DNA of 63,458 bases, filler included, from Craspedostauros australis (lineage: Eukaryota), in NCBI GenBank assembly GCA_030167865.1. It is 16 parts of 16 records of this genome, joined end to end, with 100 filler letters (N's around TTAATTAATTAA, not from the genome) between each part and the next. Parts side by side here need not be neighbours in the genome. Positions count along the whole stretch, not along the records: positions 29,666 to 37,584 come from JALAGF010000887.1; positions 37,685 to 48,095 come from JALAGF010000888.1; positions 48,196 to 50,191 come from JALAGF010000890.1; 13 more parts are not named here. One strand, written 5' to 3'. Below the pieces are notes generated by a model that saw only the letters and a list, made by a program, of their open reading frames with translations, was not told the DNA's origin and did no database searches. Numbering within the stretch: the first letter of the stretch is position 1; each line of letters starts with the position of its first letter. A program made the translations under genes and the position numbers. Of this stretch, positions 35,706-49,100 are shown one piece after another.

Positions 35706-36645
35706 TGTTGGAAATCCGGGGTTATGATCGTGGTAATCTAATCTGATATTAGACCGTACCGTTTTAGAACTGTGAGCTCAATCTCTTCATCCCTTTCGAT
35801 TGCAATTTCATTGCAAACAGAATCCATAGTAGCATCGTGCCATGTCGCTGTATTCATGGTTGTTATCTCCTGTTGTCATCATGCCTTGCCACATACATCG
35901 TCGTGTATATCCCATGATGCCCTTCATCATGGTATCTCATTGTGCATATCTGCACACTGATTTCATGTACATTCATGCGGTATGTTCCACAGTCATGCAT
36001 CCATCTTGTCACAGGTTTTGTCTCAATCTCTTGGTATCTTTGATTCCACCTGTTTTACAATTGATCTGTTCTGATTGTTGTATGAAGGTTCGTATTGGCA
36101 GTGCAAGCATACAATTGGTCTTGTCTGTCAGGAGCACAGGCTGCATCCCTATACATTGGTTTCTGTTTCTTCAGGTGGGATACAACTCCTACCCACTGCC
36201 TCTGCGCCCTTTCTGTTGAGACTACAGCCTCGCATCAGGTCCTTACCCAGCTGTGAGCTGAAGAGTGGAGCCAGAGAGAGAGAGTGCTGTACGATGGTAC
36301 TGAGGTTGTGTTCAATCAGATACTGTTTGTTTGATTTTATGGTTCTGCTTTGTTGTTTGCTGCTGTTGGGTTTTCCTGTGTGTGCCTGGTTTGTTCTCTG
36401 GTCTTGTTTCTTTGCACCTGCCCAGCCATTTCGGTCATTGCGTGGCTGTTGAACTGTATCCTGCCGGCCATGAGCACCAGCTGTACCAACACCTTCTGGT
36501 CTGACGTCACCAACTAGGTTGTTGTTTTGCCGGTTCATGTTGGGACATGGTGTGTCACATGTTCATGGTGCTCAGACCAAAGGAGGACATGCTCTCTTTC
36601 TTGGTACGACTGGAGCGGGCATGTTTGCAATGGGTCACGAGTGTG
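35706..36645 (-). mobile_element. Decayed LTR-element remnant with short candidate LTR (35789-35706)
   Basis: On the minus strand, GAAAGGGA then TGAAGAG...TTTCCAACA; the upstream sequence is strongly CA/TG-rich and has no intact ORF. Confidence 0.4.
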
Positions 36646-37058
36646 TTCAGCACGAGTTGATTTTATTCAGTCGTGATCGATATCGTTGAAAGGTGCGGTA
36701 ATGAAGTTTTTCTAAAAACTCGGTCCTTTCCACCATTGGGAGGTGCGGCAAGCCAGTGTTCCACAGCACCTGATTCCTCGCAGACGCCAACACACCAAGC
36801 TCCATCATCGCTCCAACACAGGACACAACCTGCAAAGGACATCCCCATCCACACACAACGCATTCCGACATCTCGCAACAACCCAAAGGAAAAGTGTAAG
36901 AGAAGAAACAAACACAGAGCATTCGCATCGGTGCGCACCACTTGACCCTCCCGTAATCAAACCAAGCAGCCAAACCACAACCAGCTGTTCAACATTCCAC
37001 GGGAAGATTTCACGCGGATGGTTGTGTGGCAATGATCATCGCCCTGATGGCGGTGGCA

Positions 37059-37584
37059 GCAATGATGCCGACAGTGACAGTCTCCACGAGCATGGTGGGA
37101 GTGCGATGAGTAAGACGTACAGAGTACGCAATGTGATAAGGATGGCGGCGGTTCCACCGACAGTGGCGGCGAGAGAGACGAAGATCTCTTCGCATCGCAG
37201 CCGCGTCGCTGCCAGATGCTCCCAATGATCCTGCCGTCGCTCGTCACTATCTGTACCTCCATCCGTGCAAGTCCATGACTACCACCAACGTGCGTGACGA
37301 GACCAAGCCACAGCCATTCCAACTCATCCGATCCCACGCCCATCGTACTCCTTTTCTCTCTCTCTCTCTCGCTGTCTCGTGTGCTTACCCATGCCGACAG
37401 TCCCTCTTGTATCCACAGTGTACGAACCTCACTCGCGGCATTCCATCAAGCCAAAAGACACTAGACCCAAGCATCATATTCCGAGCACAATCAACCAACA
37501 ATCACCCATATCTCACAATGAAGTTCGCAACCAGCTCCTTGGTTTTGGCGAACATCGCCGCGACCGCCGCTGTGAATAACAATG
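37059..37584 (+). repeat. Terminal direct repeat of contig 29666-37584 (identical to 29666-30191)
   Basis: Identical sequence and identical ORF translations. Confidence 0.95.
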
Positions 37585-39599
37585 NNNNNNNNNNNNNNNN
37601 NNNNNNNNNNNNNNNNNNNNNNNNNNNNTTAATTAATTAANNNNNNNNNNNNNNNNNNNNNNNNNNNNNNNNNNNNNNNNNNNNCGCATTCACGGGGATT
37701 TTGACGGGTGGGTGTCCAGACTTCGGTTTTTCCACCTTCCTCTCTCAAAAATCACACATCACATTTTGCGCGCGGATGTTGTGTGTTGTAAACATGTGCT
37801 GCTGGTGGCGGATTGGAGCCCCTCAGCGTTTGCTTCTTCCTTGCCTCTAGCCATTCTCCCAATCTTCAACCAACCACGACGCACTCCCCGTTGTACACAG
37901 CCTCCTTTCACCCTCACCCTCCTAGTAGTATCGCATCATATCGCCTCTCTCTCGTTCGCTCTGTCGTTCCGTCCATGATTCTTCCTTTCGTTCCACTTGT
38001 CTCCGATCGGTGAAAGNNNNNNNNNNNNNNNNNNNNNNNNNNNNNNNNNNNNNNNNNNNNNNNNNNNNNNNNNNNNNNNNNNNNNNNNNNNNNNNNNNNN
38101 NNNNNNNNNNNNNNNNNNNNNNNNNNNNNNNNNNNNNNNNNNNNNNNNNNNNNNNNNNNNNNNNNNNNNNNNNNNNNNNNNNNNCTGTGCTGTGCGTGAT
38201 ACAACGAGGAAGTATGGCGGAAACGCTGAGTCCTCTCGAACCATCAAGCACGCAGATCCTGCGAAGTATCAGGCTGTGGATGATTTTGTTTCTCATTTCT
38301 GTTAAGCTGAAGCTCCGTTGTTTCTTTCATATGCTGGGGTTGCATACCAGCATCCTGAACGCATTCCGAAATGGCGGCAACAAAAGCACTCCTGCACCTG
38401 ACGATTGCAATCGTTGGCATCTCGTCTCAGGCATCTGGGAGTTGCTTCATGGCGTGATCTGGGCACTCTTCGTTGTAGGGTCTGTGTGTCCTTCACAACT
38501 AACAGAACCAATGGAGTACGTGCTTCAAAGGAGGCCACTTCTTCAAATCAATCCCCAGTCCATTCTTTGTTCTCTCTGCTTCCTCATGTGCGGGGAGTGC
38601 GATGTGTGATGGATCGTTTGCATATGAGCACTGATGCGATCAGAGTAAACAGAACAAGTAGAAGTCAATTGTTATGCAACTGTTTGCATGTGCTGGCCTG
38701 CAGAAGTCTCTGCACCCCTGGATTCTTCGCACACTGACAGCTGGGTGCCCATCGTCACCAGCCGTACCAGTTCAAGATCCAGCTGTTGCCAAATGTTTAC
38801 TCCAGAGAAAGGATGCGTACACAAGGAACCACCGATACGAGCACAGAAACACGCAATACGCCGCAGCGGAGGGACAAGGGAGATTCAAAACTGTACCACT
38901 GATCACTTGGGATAGTGCTGCATGAAGTCTCATGCGATGAGTACATGGTAGCGCTGCAACGGATNTCAACATGTGCTTCAAGAGAGGCAGCGACCAACAA
39001 AAGATGCAAAAAGAGCAAAAGAGATCTGGTTGTGAGTAGGCCTTTGGATGATTGCCACTGTTGGTTGCGTGCCAACGTTGGGTCGCTTGAGCCAAGAAGT
39101 GCAACATGTAATTACATCTAAGATTAACGGGTGGATCGCTGGCGCCACGAGTTGTCAATCAACAAATCGTGCTATATCGGCAACTCTCCCAGGGGAAAGT
39201 TCGTTGTACTCTGGAGGCATCGGTCTCTCGTGCGGCGCCAATGTTCCTGCCCATGATGTGTCATTCACTTCATTGTCGCCAAACAGTCCTACGTCTCCAT
39301 TCACCACGTTTGGTTTCCGTTTGCGGTTTGAGCTCCACCGTGCTTGCCTGTAGATGTCTACCACCAGCGCCCCCTACTGTACTGCTTGCATGCACTGGCC
39401 CATGGAAGTACTCACACTTCTGGATTCTCCGCGCACTGGCAGTTCATGGCTGTCACCACCAGTTGTCCCAGTACATGACCTATTTGCTTGCAGGTGAGGA
39501 TCCCAAAACATGGATGACAACAAACAAAAGAGACAGAGATACGACAAAGAAATTGCGCCATACATTGCAGGAAGAGGATACAAGTAACAAAATATCTCA

Positions 39600-42539
39600 C
39601 CCACTGATTAACCGCTCCTTATCTACGGCTGCATCAATGACGCTTTTTTCCACCTCCTTTCAACTTTGCGTGGCACGCGAAGGGGGCACGGACTCGGATC
39701 TGTTGCGTTCCTTAATTTTGTGCTGGCGCCTGCGTTGACCGCCCCTGTGCAGTCCGGAAGCTATTGGCCACGGCCACCTTCATCCGCTTGTACAATGGCC
39801 CACCAGCAACAGGTCACCTGTAGTATGGCTGCTGCCTACTCCATCCATACCGCCAGACCCGATGCGGGACCTTGGCAACCTGGATACATGGATTTGGCGT
39901 GGCTGTGTGTGTTGTTGTCATGGCCAACATCATGGATCCTTCCACAGAGGCTTGATTCGTATGCATATCTTCATTGTTCGAGAACCATTGATTCCATGCG
40001 GCGCGACATACTCTCTGTATAACCTCCGTGGCCCATTTGGCATTCGGTTGGCGGGATCCTTGCAACGCGAGGAAGAGCGCCTGCAGTTCCACCCACTCTG
40101 TGCTTAATAGTCCAAACCATAGTGCCCGCATCCCCACTGCTAGCTGTCATTGTGTGGTGTCCTTTATGTCTGGTGCTTTGTCCAGGGCCAGGAGGTATGC
40201 ACTGCTGTCGGCTTGACTGCGTAGCAGAGATGTTACTGCCCTCGCCAGCCGTGGGTTGGTGGGGTACTTCAGCATCCATTTCCGCATGCCTTGCACTCCT
40301 TGTTGCGCGATTTGGCGCCGACTGTCGGCCTTGCAGGTCCAAAAGTGTTCCACGGTTTCTTCGTGGCCGCAGCCAGGGCACACATGGGACAGACAGTGAC
40401 CCCACTGGAGCATGCGCCTCCCAAATGCAGCCTCGCCTGCCACCAACGTAAAGCCATCGTGGCCTTCGTTCGTCCCAGACCTCCGATTGCCTTATCCACC
40501 GCCGTCCACTCGATTTGCTTCGCATCGCGTATCACTTTCCTCTGCCAGAGTACGTCAAGATTGTGGCAGGCCAGACTTTCCTCCACGATATGAGAACATC
40601 GCACAGAGATTATCTTGGTGCCCCACCTGAGGGACACCCCCTCTCCCGCTATGATCCCGTCGTGTGGCGCTCGACCTTGCGTGGTGTGCTGGCACGCTCC
40701 CGCCAGTTTATCGGCTTCCACATTGAGCCGTTCCAACTCATCCAGATCTTCCCATGCCTTGCCATCATCCTGATGCTCTTTGACATAGACGCCCACGACT
40801 TGCAATGGCAGTTGATTGGCCTTCTTCCGCACTGCTCGTTGAAGATTGGCATCAGACTACCATGGTGATAGCTGCCACTCCGGATCTAGGGCTCTGAGAG
40901 CCCCGATGTTGTCGCATCCGATGGTGATCTTCCCTTCAAGTACATTGTGAGCTGCGCGCAGCGCTGCAACGGTTGTCACCACGCTGTACAAATCTGCGAC
41001 TTCTGCTTGATGTGACTGCATGACATCGCTGCCGCGCGGCGCTCGACACGCCATCCAGGCTCTCGCTGTCAACCCTTCATGCTCTCCGACCATGCCTGCC
41101 GCTGACTCTGGCAGGACTTGTATCCCTGGGGCTGCCGAAGTCGCCCTCGCAGCCACTGGCCTTGGACCTTCCTTTCCTGTCCGTGTCACCACTTTTTTCC
41201 ATGATACTTGTAGCCGTCCACAAGGTGAGAACCTACCGTCGATAGCTCCTGCACCTCGTGATACTCCCTCTGCCATCTTTGCTGCAAAGTTCGCCTGTAG
41301 TGGACACCTTCTTATCCATGGCAGGTGAGTCTTTTGGTTTCTGGTTCCCACTGGTAGTCTGGTCGGAGCGATGTAAACCTTTGCCATGGTCCCAATGGCA
41401 ACCTCAGTCGCCTCTCTCGCGCCTTGCTCGCCGGGTATTGCATGATGATCACTTGCTTCCATTGAGCCCAATCCTGCTGGGTCAGTTGCCCGACTTCCAG
41501 CCACTTGATCATGCTGCTTCACAAGGGGATGAGGCCAGGACTGGTTGCTTCCTCATGTAATCAATCTCCTTGGGCTGATATGGTGTCTGATAACCACGGC
41601 ATCTACTTTGACATCCTGCAGAGATTCACTGCTGCATTGTTGCTGCACCATGTTGGCCCACTTTGCTGGATCCTGCTGCATGATCTTCATCGTCCCTGCT
41701 TGAAACTTTGCCAAACTCATTGCATTCCTCATGAGCTTCTCAGTGACTGAGGGACTTCCCCAGTGTTTGACTATTTCTCCCACATACTTTGTGACTTGTG
41801 CCAGGTAGAGATGCTTGAGCCCACTCCAAGACACCGATGTGGCCCAAAAACCAGTTTCCTCAACACGTTGCATTGTATCTCAGCTGCAGGCAGTGCCACT
41901 TGAAGCATTGGCCTCATGATGTGCTCTGCCTCTTCCTTGGTGAACGTGGAGCTCACCAGAGGGTACTCCAACGTCCTGGAGATGGTGGTGTGCAGGGCTA
42001 GCCATGCGTGATGTCGGTGTAGTCCCCCTCACACACACACTGACGTATTGGCCTGACGGTTTCATGTGTGCTGTGTGCCTTTACATGGCGGCTAGAGCTG
42101 AAGTGGCCTTTCGTCCACATTTGCCAGGAGTACTGGCACAGAACGTTTGCCCAGTTCAGCCCAAGCTCGGAGAGCAGAGACATGTCCATTTTTTGCGTTT
42201 TGATCCGTTGCCATAAATCTCTTTTCTTCCAGTGTCCAGCTTCCACAGGGAGACATGCAATGTTCAGGGCGCCAAGCCATGTTGTGTGGCTCCCTTTGTC
42301 ATGTGGGTTGTTGCCCCAGCAAGGGCTTTGGAGGTGGCACTCTTCCTGACCCACTACCTCCACTTGTGCATATGTTGGGCTTGCAGGGGCGGTTATTGGT
42401 GCTTTGCCTGCCCCCAGCCTTGCGCTATTCAGAGCCTTGCCCCCCGCCCGTGCCTGAGGCAGGAGGGTTGGAGTCCTTGGGCGCAGCTTTGGCGTGCGGT
42501 GCTTGGAGCTCCTTGATGATACGTTCGTGCTCGATAAGG

Positions 42540-42573
<34 letters not shown>

Positions 42574-45340
42574 CCTCCACTGTTTTCTTGTTGCATTCTG
42601 CTTCTTGGCGTTCGTGCACCTCCCAGATTGCATGCTTTGTCTCTGTTCCCTCACCATTCATGCCCTCTGTTGAAGTTGCCACACTGTAGACTGTAGACAT
42701 AAGTGACTTCCCGCATTCTGTGATGAACGTGCAGAAGCTCTCATCATCCAGCTTCTTCTTTTTTGGCCGGTCTGGAGGACCGCCCTCGCATTCCTGTTTT
42801 GTTGCCACCATATCGTCTTCCAAGCCTTACATCCCCTCAATGCCCACCACGCCCATGTCCTCATCCATGATGAAGTCTAGGAACCCTTCAACTTCCTTGT
42901 CCATATAGCCGTCCCTGCCTTCTTCCTTGGCCTAGCCTCTGATCATGTCAATGATTTTGTCAGAGAACCACTCGTCTGTGAACAAGTTTATTTCTGTGTG
43001 GCACAGAATCGTGATCAAGTTGATGATGGCCCGTGCTTGGTCGAAACGGTCTTCGAAAGCCACTATGTGGATGGCATCCTTGTCTCCATCCAACATGTGC
43101 ATTGTGTGAACGTCATGGATGTATGGGTTGCCTTCTGGAGTGATTTGTGTTGCCAAGAACTGCCCAAGAGTGGTCATTCCATAGTGGCCATCCAGCATGT
43201 CCAATTGGAAGTCCCTGTCCAGTCGAAGTTGGCACAGCTGCCAAATGTAGCTTCTGTGCTTTCTTGCCATGGCTTGGAGCTTCTCTGTGGTGGCTGCCAC
43301 CATCGTGGACATGCCTGGGTTAGGCACATACTGGTAGTTCAGACATTCTTGGTCGGAGTTCTTCATGTTGAATACTTGTCCAAGTGCTTTGGTCACCCAT
43401 TGTGCTTTACCTGTGTTGGCGTGCAAGTGCAGTGCCACCCACAGCATGTTGGTCCAAGTGCCTCCACTCTTCCTGTGTTGGTCTCTTGTTTTGTCTGAGA
43501 CTGCTCTCATGAATTTGACTCTTCTGCCACCTTTACCTTGGCATCCATATTGTCAAAGAGTCCGTTGATGATTGCCAGTGTCTGCTTAGCTTTCATGAAG
43601 TTCCCTGAGTTTGCAAGATACCCCAATCTCTGAGATGTTCTCTGCTTCTTGGAGGTCCCGAATGTAGGAATATTCACTTTCAGCATACATTCCTTCCAAC
43701 TCCATGCACCTGCTTGTGAAGGCCTCCATGTTGACGTTGGATCCCATGCTCAATTGCATGTACACATTTGGGTCTTTGGCAGTTGGCTTGGCCCAACACG
43801 CAAATTTCTTGAACTGGTTCCAGTCTTGGGGGAGGGGGGATGCCATCTGTTGTTTTGATGGTTCCTGTTTCCTTGTGCCTCTTGTACCATGGGTAGATGA
43901 CTAGCTTTGGGTCTCGTGCGAGTTCCTTGTCGGACTGTAGCTCGAACCTTGCCTGGAAGTCTTTTCTAGGCATACTGGATCCCTTGTTGATGCTGAGCTG
44001 CATGTTAAACCTCTTTTTGTACCAGCGTCGAGGTGTTGCCATTTGTGCTTCTGTTCTGGCCTCTGCTGTCGTCCATCCTTGCACCTTGTCCTGGCTTCTC
44101 TCTTCCTCTGTTGCTGTGGATTTTCCGATGTTGTTGGCAAAACATGCTTTTGCTTTTGCATTGGGATTGACTGAGTGGGTGGTGATGGATGTTTGGCACA
44201 GAGTATAGATTTTGACAAGCATGGTGAGGTCGTAGTTGTCATCACTATCCTTGTCATTGTCTCCTTCCTTTGCACTGACTGGCTTCCTTGCCACATTGTC
44301 CATTTCTGCATCCCAGTCGACTTATGGTGGAATGTGTTCTTCAGGGTATTGGCTACCCATCTGGTGCTCTGCTGCCACCCATAATGCCATCATTTGGTTA
44401 GATGCCATTGTGTTTCCTTGTTCATGGATGGTGTGTTGGAAGCATCATCTGGGATTGGTTTGTGACAAGTCCACTTGCAGTTGCTTGATCCGGACTCTTT
44501 GTGGATTGTCCGCTGCCACTTTGGCCACTCCAAAATTGATTTTTCTGCCATCCATCACTCATTGGAGAACTTTGCCAATTCCAGCACATTCGGCACTCCT
44601 GCCGACACTGTCCTGACTTCACCACCTTCCCACCATACTTTGATGGACAGCATGCTCTTCAACTGGTTGGGCATGTGGTGTGGTTGTTTTCCAACAACCA
44701 CATGTTCCTTGAACCCCTTTGACTGTTCTGGGATTGTCTTGTCCAGCTTTTTCCAATGGCTTGTTTTGGGCTCTCTCCACTTGGTGGGTACATTTCCTTG
44801 TAGCACCAATGTTTTGTACTCGTTGAGTTTTGGGTCTGGCTCTGGAGGAGGCTTGGGCTTTCCTGTGTCTGTCGCTGTTACCTCCTTGTCCTGGGTCTTC
44901 CTCTCATCGCCGTTGCCTGATCCCGAAGCTGGGTTGTTGTTGGTCGCCATTGTTGATCTTTCGTTTCTCTTCCTACTGGTCGAGCGCGTAGAATTCGTCC
45001 TTGTGGATTGATTGTTGGTAGTCTCCTTTTGGTTCACAGTAGTATCGCTTGCTTGCTGTATTGGGGTTCCTGCCAATATGAGAGAGGATAAAAGTAGACC
45101 CACGCCTTACCACCTATCACTGTTGGTAGTGGTTGGCGAAGTCTCATGGGATAAGCATATCGCAGAGATGCGAAGGACCTCAACATGTCGCGAAAGGGAA
45201 GCAGGGACGAACAAAAGAAGGCCAACAAGATACTGGAGACTGGCCCCGTGCAGCACTCCACCACAATGCGACTGCACACTGTATAGAACCACATCGCTGT
45301 CGTCTCATAGCTAGCCACATACTAATAAGACCCACTTGAG
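39600..45340 (-). mobile_element. Decayed non-LTR retrotransposon with RNase H (diatom Ambal-like LINE), RT core deleted
   Basis: ORF1 remnants about 44950-42400; AP-endonuclease start (LNIACLP..DMSLLSELGLNW) about 42270-42050; post-RT block EYPLVSSTFTKEEAEHIMRP..VFGP..LG; RNase H motifs ITIGCDNIGAL, YVKEHQD and LNVEADKLA; CPGC..ETVEHFWTC; GLLSTEW..AWNQWFSNN; many stops and frameshifts. Confidence 0.85.
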
Positions 45341-45649
45341 TGACGGGACCTGCAGTCCGTCCTGGGATGGTGGCAACATACGGGGCTTTCGATCAAGCCA
45401 CCCACATATTCATAAACTAGATAAAAATATAAGATGCACTGTGGACGCCGATTTTGCTTTAATGTCTTATTTTAAGTTTTATGGACCTTCGTAGATTTAC
45501 GGTCCACTTGGTCGAATATGCACGCTGCTCCGTAATGATCGCAAGGCATTGATTAGCTTTTCCGACGCAAACAACACAATGTGTGCAGACACGTTCGGGA
45601 AAGAACTTTTTTGACGGGTTGCGTACGGAATTTGACATTTCAGCGACGT
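45341..45649. repeat. Left terminal repeat of the Sola3-like transposon (copy B)
   Basis: Homologous to 9082-9378; about 270 nt upstream of the transposase ATG. Confidence 0.75.
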
Positions 45650-45915
45650 CATTGTTCGGCCTGTCCGAACACGTTTTTGAAATATGGCTCTGTTATTGGA
45701 CGTTACGGTTCAAATTCAAATTTTGACTCTCGTCACATGTCACAAATCTCCTCACATTTTGCCGCCAAATCGAATTTTGCTTCTCCGTGTTGGCGTGCGG
45801 TGCTTGTGGCATGCTCATGCAGCGTCTGTATATTCACCTTCTTGACCTCCTGCTGCTCAGTTCACTTCCATCAATACTACTCATCTCCTTCCTCCCATCA
45901 GTATCAATCAACGTC

Positions 45916-48095
45916 ATGCCCGTCTCTACCACGAAAGCTGCGTCGAAGGACGCCAATCCTTCTCCCTCCAAGAAGCAACGCTTGCCATCCTCTCCATCCG
46001 TGCGCCCGTTTCCATCGGATCTGATCGATTGCAAGGAACTGTTTGCGTCATCTACTGGTGAGAAGCTTCTGCCTCCATTGGGTATGGGTGGGAAGCAACA
46101 CATTCCACCACCTACAACAAACAAGCTGTTGCCTCCTGCACTCAAAGGCGGGACCTTCGACAACGAGTGTGATGTTGAGATCCTCACCAACAACGAACAG
46201 GCTCGCACACTCAATGCAACCAACGAGAAGCTCTTCGTTCGCGTGCACATCACCACTGACAATGGCATGATTCTTGATACCTCCAAGGTCACTGTGCAGG
46301 CCTTTGGACATGGCGTTGATGCGAATACAAAAGTGCATGTCTCTGTCTGCGTCCCGACTCTGGCACCACCTTCCACACCAACCATCCAGCCAGCAAAGAA
46401 AGGCAAGCGCATCCAACGCCGTGGTGCTGGAGACGACGAAACCTACCGCCCCAAGGGACACAACAGAACCATAGCCAGGAAATCAAGCAGCAGAAGATTC
46501 AAAAACAAACACAGCAAGGACAAGACAGATGCATTTGAAACCATGCACGAGGTTTTGCGGGAGCTCGGAGTGAAGAACCTCGCTGCTGTTCTGGCCGACT
46601 TGCCGCGTTGCGGATTTGAACTGGGACGCAATTCCAACAGGCAAGTGTGGAGCAAAGCGAAGAAGATCTTTACGGCGGCCTCCAATGCGCTGTGGAAAGC
46701 GCTGATCCCAGTCATGACCTTGCCAGTTCTGCAGGTGGAGCAAGTGGTGGCGTTCGTCCGCGCTGGAGTGGACTTGCCGCCAGTCAAGCTGGCTCCCAAC
46801 CTCTACACGATTTGCCTCGTTGGTGAGAAGAACATCGCACGTACAGCAAGGCGCATTCTCGCCATGTCCGCTTCGCCACGCCAGTGCACAAACCTCCTCA
46901 CCCGATACAATAGCGAACTTCCTGACGTTCAGCGTCTCGGCCTCTTGCCACAGCAATACACCATCACGCGGGGCCAGCTTCTCACTCTGCGCAACTACTA
47001 CGAGCTGTTGAGCGAGGGCAATGTGCTTGGTGCTGCTGTCTACAACTATCGCGTCAGCGCATACAGCTTGGCTGGCGTGGTGTCCTTCATCAGCAACACT
47101 ACCACATACAAGGCAGGCCTTTGTCACAACATCAAGTGGGGAGGGGTGATATTTGAAAACGTGCCAGTATTCGAATGTGGCGGAACGAGCGTAGACGAGC
47201 TGTTCGCAATGTACAAGACTGCGACGAACAACCCAGTCGGCGAGCCAGCATTCCGAGCAATGACAGGCCTGCTCACACGCAGAGGCAAAGTGATTACTGG
47301 CCTCTCCTCTTTCGAAAACTACTTCTGGATGGCAACGAAGACATTGAAGGAGATGCTCGTGCGCTTGAATGCTCTACTCAGGGATTCATTCAATGGTGAT
47401 GACGGACATGACGACGTCACAGTTGAGCATATTCAAACCTGTGAGACCTTGGTGCATGATCTGGACCTTATGATTACATTCCTCAAGTGGGAGTATACTG
47501 CTTCACACATGCAGATCAAGTGTGAAGAAGACCCCATGCACTGCGCTCATTTCGCCCTTTGCAAGGATTCAAAAATGAAGCAGGCTAAGTCTACACTCAG
47601 CACCGAAAACACAACAGTGCCTGCCAACACCAATACGGCATGCGTGGTCATTCATCCTCCCACAGCAACCACAGAGTGTGACGCCAACGCCCTTTCTCCC
47701 ATCGCTCACGATCAACAAGGCAAGGTATGCGACAGATGTGGAGAAGCAATGCGATTCATGGATGATCGCGTCGCCCCATTCATCGAGACGCTCAAGGCCA
47801 ATCATCTATGCGACCACGCGGATGAATTAGGCGGTATGCTGGAGGCGGTACCGGGCTTCAACAACGAGATCACTGCGTACATGGCACACCAAGTGAGAGC
47901 AAAGGTCCAATTCGAGCAGATGAACAAGTACAAGGCCAAGCTCAACAACAATGACAAGTGCGCCTACGTTGTCATCGACCATAAGCAGAAGATTCTGCCG
48001 ACGGCGCAAGGAGAATCGCAGACAGAGTATTGGGGCAAGAAGGGCATGTCGCTCCTTGGCGTAATGATTGTCACCTGCAAAGATGATGAATTCAC
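45916..48095 (+). CDS. DNA transposase, Sola3-like, 3'-truncated at contig end
   Basis: Uninterrupted frame of more than 720 codons; H...HCAHFAL...CDRC metal-binding cluster; HQVRAKVQ; VVIDHKQKILP..GESQTEYWGKKGMS resembles the D-x-x-x-K-x-LP...RE-x-Q-x-x-WFGKRG block I associate with Sola3. The superfamily name is from memory. Confidence 0.7.
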
Positions 48096-49100
48096 NNNNN
48101 NNNNNNNNNNNNNNNNNNNNNNNNNNNNNNNNNNNNNNNTTAATTAATTAANNNNNNNNNNNNNNNNNNNNNNNNNNNNNNNNNNNNNNNNNNNNAGAGG
48201 AGGACAGGATGAGCCGAGGAGAAAGGGCGGCACAGACGATGTTTGCTTCAAGGTCACCACCACCCAAGTGATCGGCACTCACGCCCACAGCTCGCAATGC
48301 CAGTATTCACAGATGGGAGGACTTTCGTGGACCTTCACACGAAGACGTTTACACAAGTGACAGGTTTCCTTTCCGATGGAGATTTCCGATTGTGTACATG
48401 GAAAGAAACTGGACGAAAGGTTGAGGAGTTGCTCTCTTGATGTGCGAGTCATAGTTTGTGCCATACNNNNNNNNNNNTGCAGACCATCCACGCAGACGAG
48501 CAGCAGGCGAAACACAAAAGTCGGTGAGGGGCAAGACATTGGAGAGAAGAGGAGGACCGCCGTGTTATGCTATGCTGTGCTGCACCAAACACAAAATCAA
48601 GTTCTACACAAACATAACGGCACCCCAACCAGCAACGAGCAGCTGAAGTACCATTGTGTTGGTAGCCGAGCCATCAAGCGAGGAGGCAACGAAGCCGGCG
48701 AACCCAACGAGCAACTCATCAGATAGGCAGAAGTGAACAAGTAGTCGCAAGTGATCGCAGGTCGCAGAACAGCACAACGCAACGTAACACAACACAGCAT
48801 AGAACACATATAGAGAAGCTCTGCTTTCGATCGAGAGTGGGACAGCGGAAACAGTGGGAATGAGCGTGTAGCAATCATCTCTAAAGTGCACAAACCACGC
48901 TACTCGACTCGACTCGACTCTCCCTGCATCCGAAACGGCCCCAGACGACCAATCAGGGAAGCGTGCGTGAGAGTTGAACCGTGGCTCGATCGGACGAGAT
49001 CTTGCAAGGCAGCAAGCCAGGTGCTGGTACCCGCAGCTTTCAACCAACAACACAAACAACATCGTCTCCCTTGCAGCAACAAGTTCGGCAACGATTCGCT

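Noticed and set aside
29666..37584. Circular plasmid or virus suggested by terminal redundancy
   Set aside because: No replication or capsid genes, and a third copy of the repeat joins chromosomal DAP3 sequence; tandem duplication or assembly overlap is simpler.
42538..42573. Poly-Q/N/C ORFs from (TTG)n
   Set aside because: Simple trinucleotide microsatellite inside the dead LINE ORF1.
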